Position numbers and translations under genes: made by a program
Shown here: positions 21,944-35,028 of the stretch, piece by piece
How positions within the stretch are numbered: position 1 is the first letter of the stretch
Layout: each line of letters opens with the position of its first letter
Notes under the pieces: model-generated
What the model saw: only the letters and a program-made list of their open reading frames with translations
Told to the model about the DNA's origin: nothing
The model's database searches: none
Origin: Amphiscolops sp. MND2022
Lineage: Eukaryota
Direction of reading: 5' to 3'
Assembly (NCBI GenBank): GCA_964187785.1
Contig: OZ076409.1
Span: forward strand, 31,002,001-31,066,000
DNA: 64,000 nt

Positions 21944-22112
21944 CATCTTCGGCACCCATCTTCCATCTTCAGCACCCATCTTCAGCACCCAACTTCAGCA
22001 CCCGTCTTCAGCACCCATCTTCAACAAGCACCCATCTTCAACTTCATTGACGCCAACTGACCCATTTTCGCCCATCTTCCAATCTTCCAATCTTCAATCT
22101 TCAATCTTCAAT
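21944..22112 (+). repeat. Short tandem repeats in the element 3' UTR (13-bp CATCTTCAGCACC and 7-bp TCTTCAA)
   Basis: Directly visible tandem copies. Confidence 0.85.
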
Positions 22113-22937
22113 CGTCCAACCGAAGATAATTAATTAGCAAGAATAAAGAAACTCAAAAGCAAAGAAAAAACACTGTGCATGATAATATTTAGAAATATAT
22201 TAGAAAACATTCGCAGTATGTATTTTATTTTATTTTAAAGTTCCCCCCCCTTATTTATTTGCCCATAAAATCCAATTTCAGCCCAGACCGATATTTATTT
22301 GCTCTCATTTTTAATGAATAATTATTATTTTTCGGTGCTATTCCATCCAGATATACAATATATGTTAACAAAATTTTTTTCCTCTCAAATTTCAACAAAA
22401 CTAGTTCAAAATTAGATCAAGCACATTGTTCAACTCAGATTTGAATAATGATAGACCTAAATTCTCGAAGTTTTCAACACTTCTTACATAACAAACCCGC
22501 CAAAGTTAATCACAACCTGATATCATTTCAGAAAGTTTTCACACATAAAAGATTTTTTTGTCAACAAAATTTTTCAATGACTCTTTAACCTCTAACTCGT
22601 ATGATGTTTTCTCACGTTTGTTCAATGCGAAGTTATTCCAAAAACTTCAACAGAAACATAAATTAAGCATCTACCAGTTCAAAAAACAAGCCGACGAAAG
22701 CATAGTGAAAAAGAACACTGTGACGCTTTTGAACTGTTAGTCGCACCTACGAGGTGTCAATCAAAATTTTAACAATTCGAGGTAGATCAATGAGTCGAAC
22801 TTACACAACTCTTAAAGAGACTTATGCCAATCATCCATCAAATGAAAAATGTTAACTAGCTGGAACGCTAAAAACATATAAACAAAAATTTTTTATTATT
22901 TTATTTAATGATGTTATTGTAAAATTTTATTTTATTT

Positions 22938-22952
22938 AAAAACCGGGATGGA
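22938..22952 (+). promoter_or_regulatory. Putative polypurine tract
   Basis: AAAAACCGGGATGGA directly abuts the 3' LTR; purine-rich but imperfect. Confidence 0.55.
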
Positions 22953-23189
22953 TGTACTGACCTACATTAATAACCAATAGTATTTTAATGTTTATATAAT
23001 GTACATTTATTTATTGAATGATTGTAAGTCTCTACTCCCTCAGAGAGAGAAAGTTATTAATCAGTATTTGGTTGACTTCCTTTTTGTTCTACTCTTACCA
23101 TCAGAAATCTAGCTAGATAAACCTCGAATAAGCCTGTCTTAGTTAGTCTCTAAAATAACCACCACACAACTAAGAATTAAGGCAGCACA
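22953..23189 (+). repeat. 3' LTR (237 bp)
   Basis: Copy of 4874-5110 followed by the CAAC duplication. Confidence 0.97.
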
Positions 23190-24720
23190 CAACACTACAG
23201 CTGGAGTTGTCAACTACTTGCACAAAACATTCCGTTTCTCCAAGGTTCCTTTCAGTAGTGATTTTACTTCCCAAACATGTTAGTCCTCGTGATATTGAAG
23301 GCAAAGTTCACTTCGCGGCCGATGGTGTCCATCTGAATAAGGAGTTTGGCATAAACCATGCTGACCGAATGTTCAAAGAAGGAATTCAATCTGCTCTTTG
23401 AATGTTCTTTTGTTGAAGTTTAGACTGATTCTAGTGCTTGTAATCCGTTTAATGTTTCAGTTGACAGGGCCTGAAACAAAAACATCCGATCAATTCTTTC
23501 TGAATTACAGATAGAAAAACTGCAAAACGAATCTTATCGAACGAAAAACTGTCCTAGAACTTGAAAAGATCATGAAATTCTAGGCTTTCAATCAAGTAGT
23601 TCGGTCAGAAAAAAAGAAGGCCAAAAGGAAGCTTTGGGAAGAAACTTCGCAAGTGAAAGGAACCTTCGAGAATCGAAAGTTTCATGCGAAATACAAGCAG
23701 CAAAAACAAAAGCTAGGATTCTTTCAAAAATTATCTTTTCAAAGAAAAGAAAGCGAAAAAAACGTTAGAAAAATCTACCGTCACAAACACGACGAAAATT
23801 GAAAGATTTACCGAAAACGTCCGGGAACCCATGACCAAAGATGACCAAAACCATGATTCGCCATACACGCATCAGCCATTCCGGAATCAAGTTGACTGTC
23901 TGAAACAAAAACAGCTTCAAATCTATAGTCCCCAAAATGCACATCGAAAACTCCTCCAAACGACTCTTCCCGATATCGAAGAAATCCTGAAGGCTTAAGC
24001 TTTCATTCAAGAAGATCGGCCAGAAATTATGGAGGCCAAAACGAAGTTTTGAGAAGAAAAATCCCTACTGGAAGGAAACTTCGAAAAACAAGAAGGTTCG
24101 TGCAAAACAAGCAGCAAAAACACCAGCTAAGATCCTTTCAAAAACGAAGTTTTCAAAATCATGAAAGCAATAACCATCATAAATACCTATATAGATTTTA
24201 TCTGTGATTAGGATTATTTTCTGTGATACTGATTAGATGTTTTTGTTTCAGCCTCTGTCAACTTGATGCTTTTCTGGAGTGGCTGATGCACGAGGGCGTG
24301 TTAGGTGAATCATCCGAGTTGGCAGCTCCAGCTCTAGTGTTGGACGTGGACGACGATTACCATGCTCTGACACCTTTGGTCATTGGTTCCAAGACGTTTT
24401 CGGTAAAACTACCAAGTTTTATCGTATTTATTGCTATAAAAAATTACGATGAAACTTGGGAGATTCACCGAAAACGTCCGGGAACCCATAACCAAAGCTG
24501 TTAGAAAGCATCGTTATCGTCTTCCACGTGCAACACTACAGCTGAAGCTGTCAACTCGGATGATTCACCCAACACGTCATCACGCACATCAGCCACTCCA
24601 CAAAAACATCAGATTGACAGGGTCTGAAACAAAAACATACGATCAATACTCTCTGAATTACAGATTAAAAAACTCCAAAACAGATTTTATCGAACAAAAA
24701 ACTGTTCTCGAACTTCGAAA
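23190..24720. repeat. Satellite 1, right part, degenerating and ending in an inverted copy
   Basis: Resumes exactly where 4873 stopped. ~24200-24430 is the reverse complement of the subunit at ~24440-24670. Confidence 0.9.
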
Positions 24721-24721
24721 T

Positions 24722-27700
24722 TGAGCGCCATCCTAGACGAAGAATAAACAGCGACACGGAATGAATTACTTTCAGTACAAATAGATTTAAAAGCGTGATT
24801 TCAAGAGTCAAATGATAGTGTCCGACGGAGACTGAACAGCGACACGGAATAAATTACTTTCAGTACAAATTGATTTAAAAACGTGATTTCAAGAGTCAAA
24901 TGATAGTGTCCGACTTGATGATCAGAGAAACACAGCCAGTGCTGCGCATGAGGAGCTCAATCATCGTCGATATTCTATCTATTGACATTCGAAACCTTTG
25001 TCTCAAACGTTTCTTTTTTCACGGCTACTCCAGTTGTCTCATTCAATCCACGCTTAACTCCCCCCCGCTTAATTTCACCAAAAGAGGTCGTTGAATACTT
25101 TTTGTTATGACGAACAAAGAAGCACACCCCTTGTTGTGGTCACGCGTACACATGTTTCCTGGTAAAAATGATTCAAGATGAGATTTCACATTGAAAATTT
25201 AATGATTTCAGGGAAATATTATAACAGTGATTATTGTTGAATTCAATATTGGTATCTCGTCGGAAACGCCCGAGCAAGCACAAGTAGTGCTGCGCTTGAG
25301 GAGCCTATCCATTGTCGAAATTCTTTGTAATGACTATGAAGGAACGATCTTTATCTCAGAATTATTTGCAGTCGCGATTGGGACGGCCTCAACTGAAAAG
25401 TTTCGTGGATTTCGACAACACTGCCAACGATGGAAAATGAGCTCATTCAACTTCATCTTCGATGAGCGCCATCCAAGACGAAGGCTTAACAGCGACACGG
25501 AATAAATGATTTTCAGTACAAATTGATTTAAAAACTTGATTTCAAGAGTCAAATGAAAGTGTCCGATATGATGACCAGAGAAACACAGCCAGTGCTGCGC
25601 TTGAGGAGCTCAATCATTGTCGAAATTCTATCTATTGACATTCGAAACCTTTGTCTCAAACTTTTCATTTTTCACGGCTACTCCAGTTGTCTCATTCAAT
25701 CCACGCTTACGCCCCCCCCACGCTCAATTTCACCAAAGGAGGTCATTGAATATTTTTTGTTATGACGAACAAAGAAGCACAGCCAGTGCTGTGCTTGCGA
25801 AGCTTATACATGTTTCCTAATATAAATGATTCAACATGAGATTCCACATTTTAAAATTAATGACTTCATGGAGCGCCATCTTAGACGGAGAATAAACAGC
25901 GACACGGAATAAATTACTTTCAGTACAAATAGATTTAAAAGCGTGATTTCAAGAGTCGAATGATAGTGTCCGACGAAGACTAAACAGCGACACGGAATAA
26001 ATTACTTTCAGTACAAATTGATTTAAAAACGTGATTTAAAGTGTCAAATGATAGTGTCCGACTTGATGATCAGAGAAACACAGCCAGTGCTGCGCATGAG
26101 GAGCTCAATCATTGTCGATATTCTATCTATTGACATTCGAAACCTTTGTCTCAAACGTTTCTTTTTTCACGGCTACTCCAGTTGTCTCATTCAATCCACG
26201 CTTACGCCCCCCCCCGCTCAATTTCACCAAAAGAGGTCATTGAATATTTTTTGTTATGACGAACAAAGAAGCACAGCCAGTGCTGTGCTTGCGAAGCTTA
26301 TACATGTTTCCTAGTATAAATGATTCAACATGAGATTCCACATTTTAAAATTAATGACTTCATGGAGCGCCATCTTAGACGAAGAATAAACAGCGACACG
26401 GAATAAATTACTTTCAGTACAAATAGATTTAAAAGCGTGATTTCAAGAGTCAAATGATAGTGTCCGACGGAGACTGAACAGCGACACGGAATAAATTACT
26501 TTCAGTACAAATTGATTTAAAAACGTGATTTCAAGAGTCAAATGATAGTGTCCGACTTGATGATCAGAGAAACACAGCCAGTGCTGCGCATGAGGAGCTC
26601 AATCATCGTCGATATTCTATCTATTGACATTCGAAACCTTTGTCTCAAACGTTTCTTTTTTCACGGCTACTCCAGTTGTCTCATTCAATCCACGCTTAAC
26701 TCCCCCCCGCTTAATTTCACCAAAAGAGGTCGTTGAATACTTTTTGTTATGACGAACAAAGAAGCACACCCCTTGTTGTGGTCACGCGTACACATGTTTC
26801 CTGGTAAAAATGATTCAAGATGAGATTTCACATTGAAAATTTAATGATTTCAGGGAAATATTATAACAGTGATTATTGTTGAATTCAATATTGGTATCTC
26901 GTCGGAAACGCCCGAGCAAGCACAAGTAGTGCTGCGCTTGAGGAGCCTATCCATTGTCGAAATTCTTTGTAATGACTATGAAGGAACGATCTTTATCTCA
27001 GAATTATTTGCAGTCGCGATTGGGACGGCCTCAACTGAAAAGTTTCGTGGATTTCGACAACACTGCCAACGATGGAAAATGAGCTCATTCAACTTCATCT
27101 TCGATGAGCGCCATCCAAGACGAAGGCTTAACAGCGACACGGAATAAATGATTTTCAGTACAAATTGATTTAAAAACTTGATTTCAAGAGTCAAATGAAA
27201 GTGTCCGATATGATGACCAGAGAAACACAGCCAGTGCTGCGCTTGAGGAGCTCAATCATTGTCGAAATTCTATCTATTGACATTCGAAACCTTTGTCTCA
27301 AACTTTTCATTTTTCACGGCTACTCCAGTTGTCTCATTCAATCCACGCTTACGCCCCCCCCCACGCTCAATTTCACCAAAGGAGGTCATTGAATATTTTT
27401 TGTTATGACGAACAAAGAAGCACAGCCAGTGCTGTGCTTGCGAAGCTTATACATGTTTCCTAATATAAATGATTCAACATGAGATTCCACATTTTAAAAT
27501 TAATGACTTCATGGAGCGCCATCTTAGACGGAGAATAAACAGCGACACGGAATAAATTACTTTCAGTACAAATAGATTTAAAAGCGTGATTTCAAGAGTC
27601 GAATGATAGTGTCCGACGAAGACTAAACAGCGACACGGAATAAATTACTTTCAGTACAAATTGATTTAAAAACGTGATTTAAAGTGTCAAATGATAGTGT

Positions 27701-30420
27701 CCGACTTGATGATCAGAGAAACACAGCCAGTGCTGCGCATGAGGAGCTCAATCATTGTCGATATTCTATCTATTGACATTCGAAACCTTTGTCTCAAACG
27801 TTTCTTTTTTCACGGCTACTCCAGTTGTCTCATTCAATCCACGCTTACGCCCCCCCCGCTCAATTTCACCAAAAGAGGTCATTGAATATTTTTTGTTATG
27901 ACGAACAAAGAAGCACAGCCAGTGCTGTGCTTGCGAAGCCTATACATGTTTCCTAGTATAAATGATTCAACATGAGATTCCACATTTTAAAATTAATGAC
28001 TTCATGGAGCGCCATCTTAGACGAAGAATAAACAGCGACACAGAATAAATTACTTTCAGTACAAATAGATTTAAAAGCGTGATTTCAAGAGTCAAATGAT
28101 AGTGTCCGACGAAGACTGAACAGCGACACGGAATAAATTACTTTCAGTACAAATTGATTTAAAAACGTGATTTCAAGAGTCAAATGATAGTGTCCGACAT
28201 GATGATCAGAGAAACACAGCCAGTGCTGCGCATGAGAAGCTCAATCATCGTCGATATTCTATCTATTGACATTCGAAACCTTTGTCTCAAACGTTTCTTT
28301 TTTCACGGCTACTCCAGTTGTCTCATTCAATCCACGCTTAACTCCCCCCCGCTTAATTTCACCAAAAGAGGTCGTTGAATACTTTTTGTTATGACGAACA
28401 AAGAAGCACACCCCTTGTTGTGGTCACGCGTACACATGTTTCCTGGTAAAAATGGTTCAAGATGAGATTTCACATTGAAAATTCAATGATTTCAGGGAAT
28501 TATTATAACAGTGATTATTGTTGAATTCAATATTGGTATCTCGTCAGAAACGCCCGAGCAAGCACAAGTAGTGCTGCGCTTGAGGAGCCTATCCATTGTC
28601 GAAATTCTTTGTAATGACTATGAAGGAACGATCTTTATCTCAGAATTATTTGCAGTCGCGATTGGGACGGCCTCAACTGAAAAGTTTCGTGGATTTCGAC
28701 AACACTGCCAACGATGGAAAATGAGCTCATTCAACTTCATCTTCGATGAGCGCCATCCAAGACGAAGGCTTAACAGCGACACGGAATAAATGATTTTCAG
28801 TACAAATTGATTTAAAAACTTGATTTCAAGAGTCAAATGAAAGTGTCCGATATGATGACCAGAGAAACACAGCCAGTGCTGCGCTTGAGGAGCTCAATCA
28901 TTGTCGAAATTCTATTTATTGACATTCGAAACCTTTGTCTCAAACTTTTCATTTTTCACGGCTACTCCAGTTGTCTCATTCAATCCACGCTTACGCCCCC
29001 CCCCACGCTCAATTTCACCAAAGGAGGTCATTGAATATTTTTTGTTATGACGAACAAAGAAGCACAGCCAGTGCTGTGCTTGCGAAGCTTATACATGTTT
29101 CCTAATATAAATGATTCAACATGAGATTCCACATTTTAAAATTAATGACTTCATGGAGCGCCATCTTAGACGAAGAATAAACAGCTACACGGAATAAATT
29201 ACTTTCAGTACAAAAAGATTTAAAAGCGTGATTTCAAGAGTCGAATGATAGTGTCCGACGAAGACAAAACAGCGACACGGAATAAATTACTTTCAGTACA
29301 AATTGATTTAAAAACGTGATTTAAAGTGTCAAATGATAGTGTCCGACTTGATGATCAGAGAAACACAGCCAGTGCTGCGCATGAGGAGCTCAATCATCGT
29401 CGATATTCTATCTTTTGACATTCGAAACCTTTGTCTCAAACGTTTCTTTTTTCACGGCTACTCCAGTTGTCTCATTCAATCCACGCTTAACTCCCCTCCG
29501 CTTAATTTCACCAAAAGAGGTCGTTGAATACTTTTTGTTATGACGAACAAAGAAGCACACCCCTTGTTGTGGTCACGCGTACACATGTTTCCTGGTAAAA
29601 ATGATTCAAGATGAGATTTCACATTGAAAATTTAATGATTTCAGGGAAATATTATAACAGTGATAATTGTTGTATTCAATATTGGTATCTCGTCGGAAAC
29701 GCCCGAGCAAGCACAAGTAGTGCTGCGCTTGAGGAGCCTATCCATTGTCGAAATTCTTTGTAATGACTATGAAGGAACGATCTTTATCTCAGAATTATTT
29801 GCAGTCGCGATTGGGACGGCCTCAACTGAAAAGTTTCGTGGATTTCGACAACACTGCCAACGATGGAAAATGAGCTCATTCAACTTCATCTTCGATGAGC
29901 GCCATCCAAGACGAAGGCTTAACAGCGACACGGAATAAATGATTTTCAGTACAAATTGATTTAAAAACTTGATTTCAAGAGTCAAATGAAAGTGTCCGAT
30001 ATGATGACCAGAGAAACACAGCCAGTGCTGCGCTTGAGGAGCTCAATCATCGTCGAAATTCTACCTAATGACATTCGGAACCTTTGTCTCAAACGTTCCA
30101 TTTTTCATGACTACTTCGTTTTTTACTCAACCCCACGATTACCCCATCCCCCTCAATTTGACTAAAAGGTCATTGAATAATGTTTCTTAAACGACCAAAG
30201 AAGCCCTGCCAGTGCCGTGCTTGCGAAGCTTATACATGTTTCCTAGTGTAAATGATTCAACATGAGATTCCACATTTTAAAATGAATCACTTCAAGGAGC
30301 GCCATCTTAGACGAAGAATAAAAAAAGACACGGGAAAACGACTTTAAGTACAAATTGACTTAAAAACCTATTTCAAGAGTCAAATGAAAATGCCTGATTT
30401 GATGACCAACGAAAAACAGC
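24722..30420. repeat. Satellite 2: ~400-740 bp related monomers forming a 1642-bp higher-order repeat
   Basis: Near-identical ORF copies at 24900/26542/28184 and 25227/26869/28511 (period 1642), then a 1149-bp shortened unit. GAGCGCCATC recurs at monomer starts; internal ~83-bp duplications. Confidence 0.95.
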
Positions 30421-30864
30421 CAGTGCTGTGCTTATGTGGCTTAATTATGTTACTCATTGTCGATAGTTCATTGACACAAGTTTCACAGTAATTTTTCTGG
30501 CACACTGATTGGTTTTATGGACGTTCCATGGGAGGTATTTCATTGAGTATCTTGCTCGCATTGCCAAAGTAAACACAGCCAGTGCTGCGCTTGAAGAGCT
30601 CAATCATCGTCGAAATTCTATCTTTGCCATTTTCATTCAAAATTTTTCCCAGAGCTTTATAGGAGGCAAGCCCTGCCCAAATCCATTTGGCCCTAAATAC
30701 GAGGTTTCAGCGTTACCCGGAACCATGGTAAAAGCGTCTTTATGAATTGGAATTAGTCCGAATTGAAGCATGGACAGTCAGAAAAAACTAGGTGCCACAG
30801 CGCTGCAAGCTGCAGAGCCTCCTTACAGTAACAATAACGGTCCCCTGAATGAAACAAGCATCAG

Positions 30865-33570
30865 ATGTTATTCCACAAAGATAGTGATTTCAGACGTTAT
30901 TCCACAAAATTAATGTTTTCAGACGTTATTTCAAAGAAGGTGGGTATTTTAGTCGTTATTCCAGTGAAATGAAATGTTTTTAGTCGGCGCTTCATGAAGT
31001 GAAACGCGACTATTATAGTGGCTTTTCTTTTTTTTCAATCCACACGAACTGACCAAAATAGTTCTTAAAAGTTCTACAAAATATTATTGCACCAAATTGC
31101 ACTATTTGGCCTAGCGAATTGAACCAAAAAGGTTTTTCCTGTTTTCCCGCGTAACATACCATACCGGGCGAGACCCCCTCTCAATTTTTTTCGGCACTGC
31201 GAGACTTTTTTCGGAGAAAAAATTTCCAAAAGGGTCCCCCTTCATTTTTTTGCTGTTTTGCAACAGAATAGATGTTGAAAAACCCCAAAGGATCCCCCTT
31301 TCAGTTTTTCGGCATTGTGAAACTTTTTTTTCTAAATTTTTTTTTCTTTAGCGCGTCAGGGGCTCGCGCTAGCGGGCCCCGGTGCGCGCCACTCAGTCCA
31401 TTTTTTGGCTTTTCGATTTTCGAGTACTGTAAATAGACACTTGGAAGTCCTTTTGCTATTTTTGAGCCTTGGATATGGCGCCGACTTGGGCCGGTCCCGG
31501 CTTGTTATATCTTATTCTACCCAAATAAAGTTAATTTAGGCGTTATTCCACAAATATAGTGATTTTAGACGTTATTTCACAAATATACTGATTTTAGACG
31601 TTATTCCACAAAATTAGTGATTTTAGACGTTATTTCACAGAATAATGGGTATTTTAGTGGTTATTCCCGTGAAATACAATGCTTTTAGGTCTTATTCTAC
31701 CCAAATAGAGAAAAACAAGTAAATTAAGATTCAGTATGATAATACATACACATACCACGTCACATTATAAAAAACAATTATTACAATTATTAAAAGTACG
31801 CTATCAATTATTGATGATAATAAAAAATTTTAGACGTTATTCCCAAAACGTCTCTCCCCAAATAAAGTTATTTTAAAGGTTATTCCACAAATATAGTGAT
31901 TATAGACGTCATTCCACAAATATAGTGATTTTAGACGTTATTTCACTGAAATATGGGTATTTTAGTGGTTATTCCCGTGAAATACAATGCTTTTAGGTCT
32001 TATTCTACCCAAATAAAGTTATTTTAGACGTTATTCCACAAATATAGTGATTTTAGAAGTTATTCAACAAATATAATGATTTTAGACGTTATTCCACAAA
32101 ATTTGTGATTTTACACGTTATTTCACCGAAATTTGGGTTTTTTAGTGGTTATTCCCGTGAAATACAATGCTTTTAGGTCTTATTCTACCCAAATAAAGTT
32201 ATTTTAGACGTTATTCCACAAATATAGTGATTTTAGACGTTATTCCACAAATATACTGATTTTAGACGTTAGTCCACAAAATTAGTGATTTTAGACGTTA
32301 TATCACTAAAATATGGGCGTTTTAGTTGTTATTCGAGTAATATAAAATGTTTTCAGACATTATTCTACCCAAATTGAATTATTTTAGACGTTATTCCACA
32401 AAGATTGTGATTTTAGACGTTATTCCACAAATATAATGCTTTTAGACGTCATTCCACAAAATTAGTGATTTTAGACGTTATTTCACTGAAATAAGGCTCT
32501 TTTAGTGGTTATTCCCGTGAAATACAATGCTTTCAGGTCTTATTCTACCCAAATAAATTTATTTTAGACGTTATCTCACAAAATTAGTGATTTTAGACGT
32601 TATTTCACTGAAATATGGGTCTTTTAGTGGGTATTCCCGTGAAATACAATGCTTTTAGGTCTTATTCTACCCAAATAGAGCTATTTTAGACGTTATTCCA
32701 CAAATATAGTGATTTTAAACGTTATTCCACAAATATAGTGATTTTAGACGTTATTTCACAAAATTAAGGTTTTTAGACGTTATTTCACTGAAATATGGGT
32801 ATTTTAGTGGTTATTCCCGTGAAATACAAAGCTTTTAGGTCTTATTCTACCCAAATAAAGTTCTTTTAGACGTTATTCCACAAATATAGTGATTTTAGAC
32901 GTTATTCCACGAATATAGTGATTTTAGACGTTATTTCACAAATATAGTGATTTTATACGTTATTTCACAAAATTAAGGTTTTTAGACGTTATTTCACTGA
33001 AATATGGGTATTTTAGTGGTTATCCCCGTGAAATACAATGCTTTTAGGTCTTATTCTACCCAAATAAAGTTATTTTAGACGTTATTCCACAAATATAGTG
33101 ATTTTAGACGTTATTCCACAAATATAGTGATTTTAGACGTTATTTCACAAAATTAAGGTTTTCAGACGTTATTTCACTGAAATATGGGTATTTTAGTGGT
33201 TATCCCCGTGAAATACAATGCTTTTAGGTCTTATTCTACCCAAATAAAGTTATTTTAGACGTTATTTCACAAGTATAGTGATTTTAGACGTTATTCCACA
33301 AATATAGTGATTTTAGACGTTATTTCACAAAATTAAGGTTTTTAGACGTTATTTCACTGAAATATGGGTATTTTAGTGGTTATTCCCGTGAAATACAATG
33401 CTTTTAGGTCATATTCTACCCAAATAAAGTTATTTTAGACGTTATTCCACAAATATAGTGATTTTAGACGTTATTCCACAAATATAGTGATTTTAGACGT
33501 TATTTCACAAAATTAGTGATTTTAGACGTTATTTCACCGAAATATGGGTATTTTAGTAGTTATTCCAGTA
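30865..33570. repeat. 29-bp minisatellite (TTTTAGACGTTATTCCACAAATATAGTGA) with ~180-bp higher-order period
   Basis: Variant TATTCTACCCAAAT recurs at ~32001, 32181, 32361, 32541 and ~33052, 33232, 33412. Confidence 0.95.
30985..31504 (+). mobile_element. Non-autonomous Helitron-derived element inserted in the minisatellite (5' end approximate)
   Basis: Last ~60 nt (GTCCTTTTGCTATTTTTGAGCCTTGGATATGGCGCCGACTTGGGCCGGTCCCGGCTTG) match the reverse complement of 57542-57600, the 3' end of the coding Helitron. Confidence 0.65.
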
Positions 33571-35028
33571 AAATACAGCATTTTGGCCATACTTTAACAA
33601 AATACCGTAATTTCAGACCTTATTTTAAAGGTAATCAGATGAGAAATGAAATACAAAATCCAAAAATTTTGACAAGATTTTTTGGATTAGAATTTTTCAT
33701 TTTCAAAAATTTTTGTTGACTTTTTTTGATAAAAATCGACAAATTTTTCAATTCATGAGACAAACTCCAGCAAACATGATTGTAAAAACCCAGAATAAGC
33801 TTTTCCAATAGTTTCCAAGGTTTTTTTCATGTATTTTGGCGCTGAAAAATGTTTGGAAAAATTTGAATTTTGGACCAATGGAAACAGTCTTATTTTGATA
33901 TTCCGTTCTAAAGTAGTCCCTGAAAAAATTGTGTAGAACTTCTATATGAAAATGAGTTTGTTTTTTTATTCCGAAAAGTGATAAATATTGCCTATTTCAA
34001 CAGTTTCCATGCAAAAAAAAATTTCCACTGAAAAAAGTTCCAGTAATACGAATTTGTTTGCCACACGGGCACTGGTTGACTATTTGTTTACGTCATATTG
34101 TAGCGTCTGTGCTTACAAAATTCGAGGCCTTGCCCACGAAAACCTACAAATTTTCGCGGGGAATTTGTCTTTAATTTCCTTGATGTTACTCTGAAAACCC
34201 GCTAAATTGTAAAGAAATCTTGATAAATACCTGAAAAATTAGTGACGCAGTATGAAAATATTGAGCATGAAAACTTCTCTAAGCAGCTCCCAAAAACCTA
34301 TAAATTAGCCTTGCAACCTATAAAAGCATGTAAAACTTTCGGGCACTTTCAACTAGGGGAGAGTTCAAAAGACTCTCAAAATAGTCATCAGCGTTGCGAC
34401 AGAACGTGAATGGTTTTTCTTGCCCACATACACTACAACGGTGAATTTAACACCTACTAAGAATGTAACTTTCGATGTTTTTCTTGGTCCTTATTCTGAA
34501 CTGATAAATTTCAGAACTCGAATCTGGAAGACGTGAAGAGCAAACATCCTTATTGTCATTGTTGATTGATTCAAGGAATTGTTTGGTATAAAACATATAA
34601 TTTGTCACTATATCATGCAAAAGAATTAGTTTTTCTTTCAAAATCAGAAATATTCATAACACATCCATCGTTGATCAGTACAACCAGTATAACATGCCAA
34701 ATATGGCGGTTTTATATTGCTTACAAATTCAGAGGTTTTGATGAGACATTATTCATTGTCTGGGTTTGCAAAAAAGACTATAGACAAAGACTGCAACCGA
34801 TGAACTAAAAAACTCTGAAAATCAACAAAATCTTTTGGTCCTGACAACATTGAGTGAAGCGTCTATTGTGTCGGAAATGAATTGCTCGAGAACAACCTGA
34901 CGTCTTCTATTTTTTCTCTGAGGTACAATGGCTTAATCACGGCGATAACAAGCTCGAATGCATCTAGAGACGGTATAATGCAAGCTCTCACTCTATATAT
35001 GAGTAAAGTGGAGTTTCTTTGCGTTTAG

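Larger units (their letters stand above)
4874..23189 (+). mobile_element. Full-length giant Ty3/Gypsy (errantivirus-like) LTR retroelement with env, 18,316 bp
   Basis: TG...CA LTRs at 4874-5110 and 22953-23189. 4-bp target duplication CAAC (4870-4873 / 23190-23193); removing the element restores the satellite sequence TTCCAAGAGCAACACTACAGCTGG. Pol domain order is PR-RT-RNaseH-IN. Confidence 0.97.

Noticed and set aside
24900..29985. Repeated 64-92 aa ORFs in satellite 2 as a gene family
   Set aside because: Ends shift with poly-C length changes and no domain is recognisable.
30865..33570. CRISPR array
   Set aside because: The 29-bp repeats are contiguous with no unique spacers, there are no cas genes, and the context is eukaryotic.
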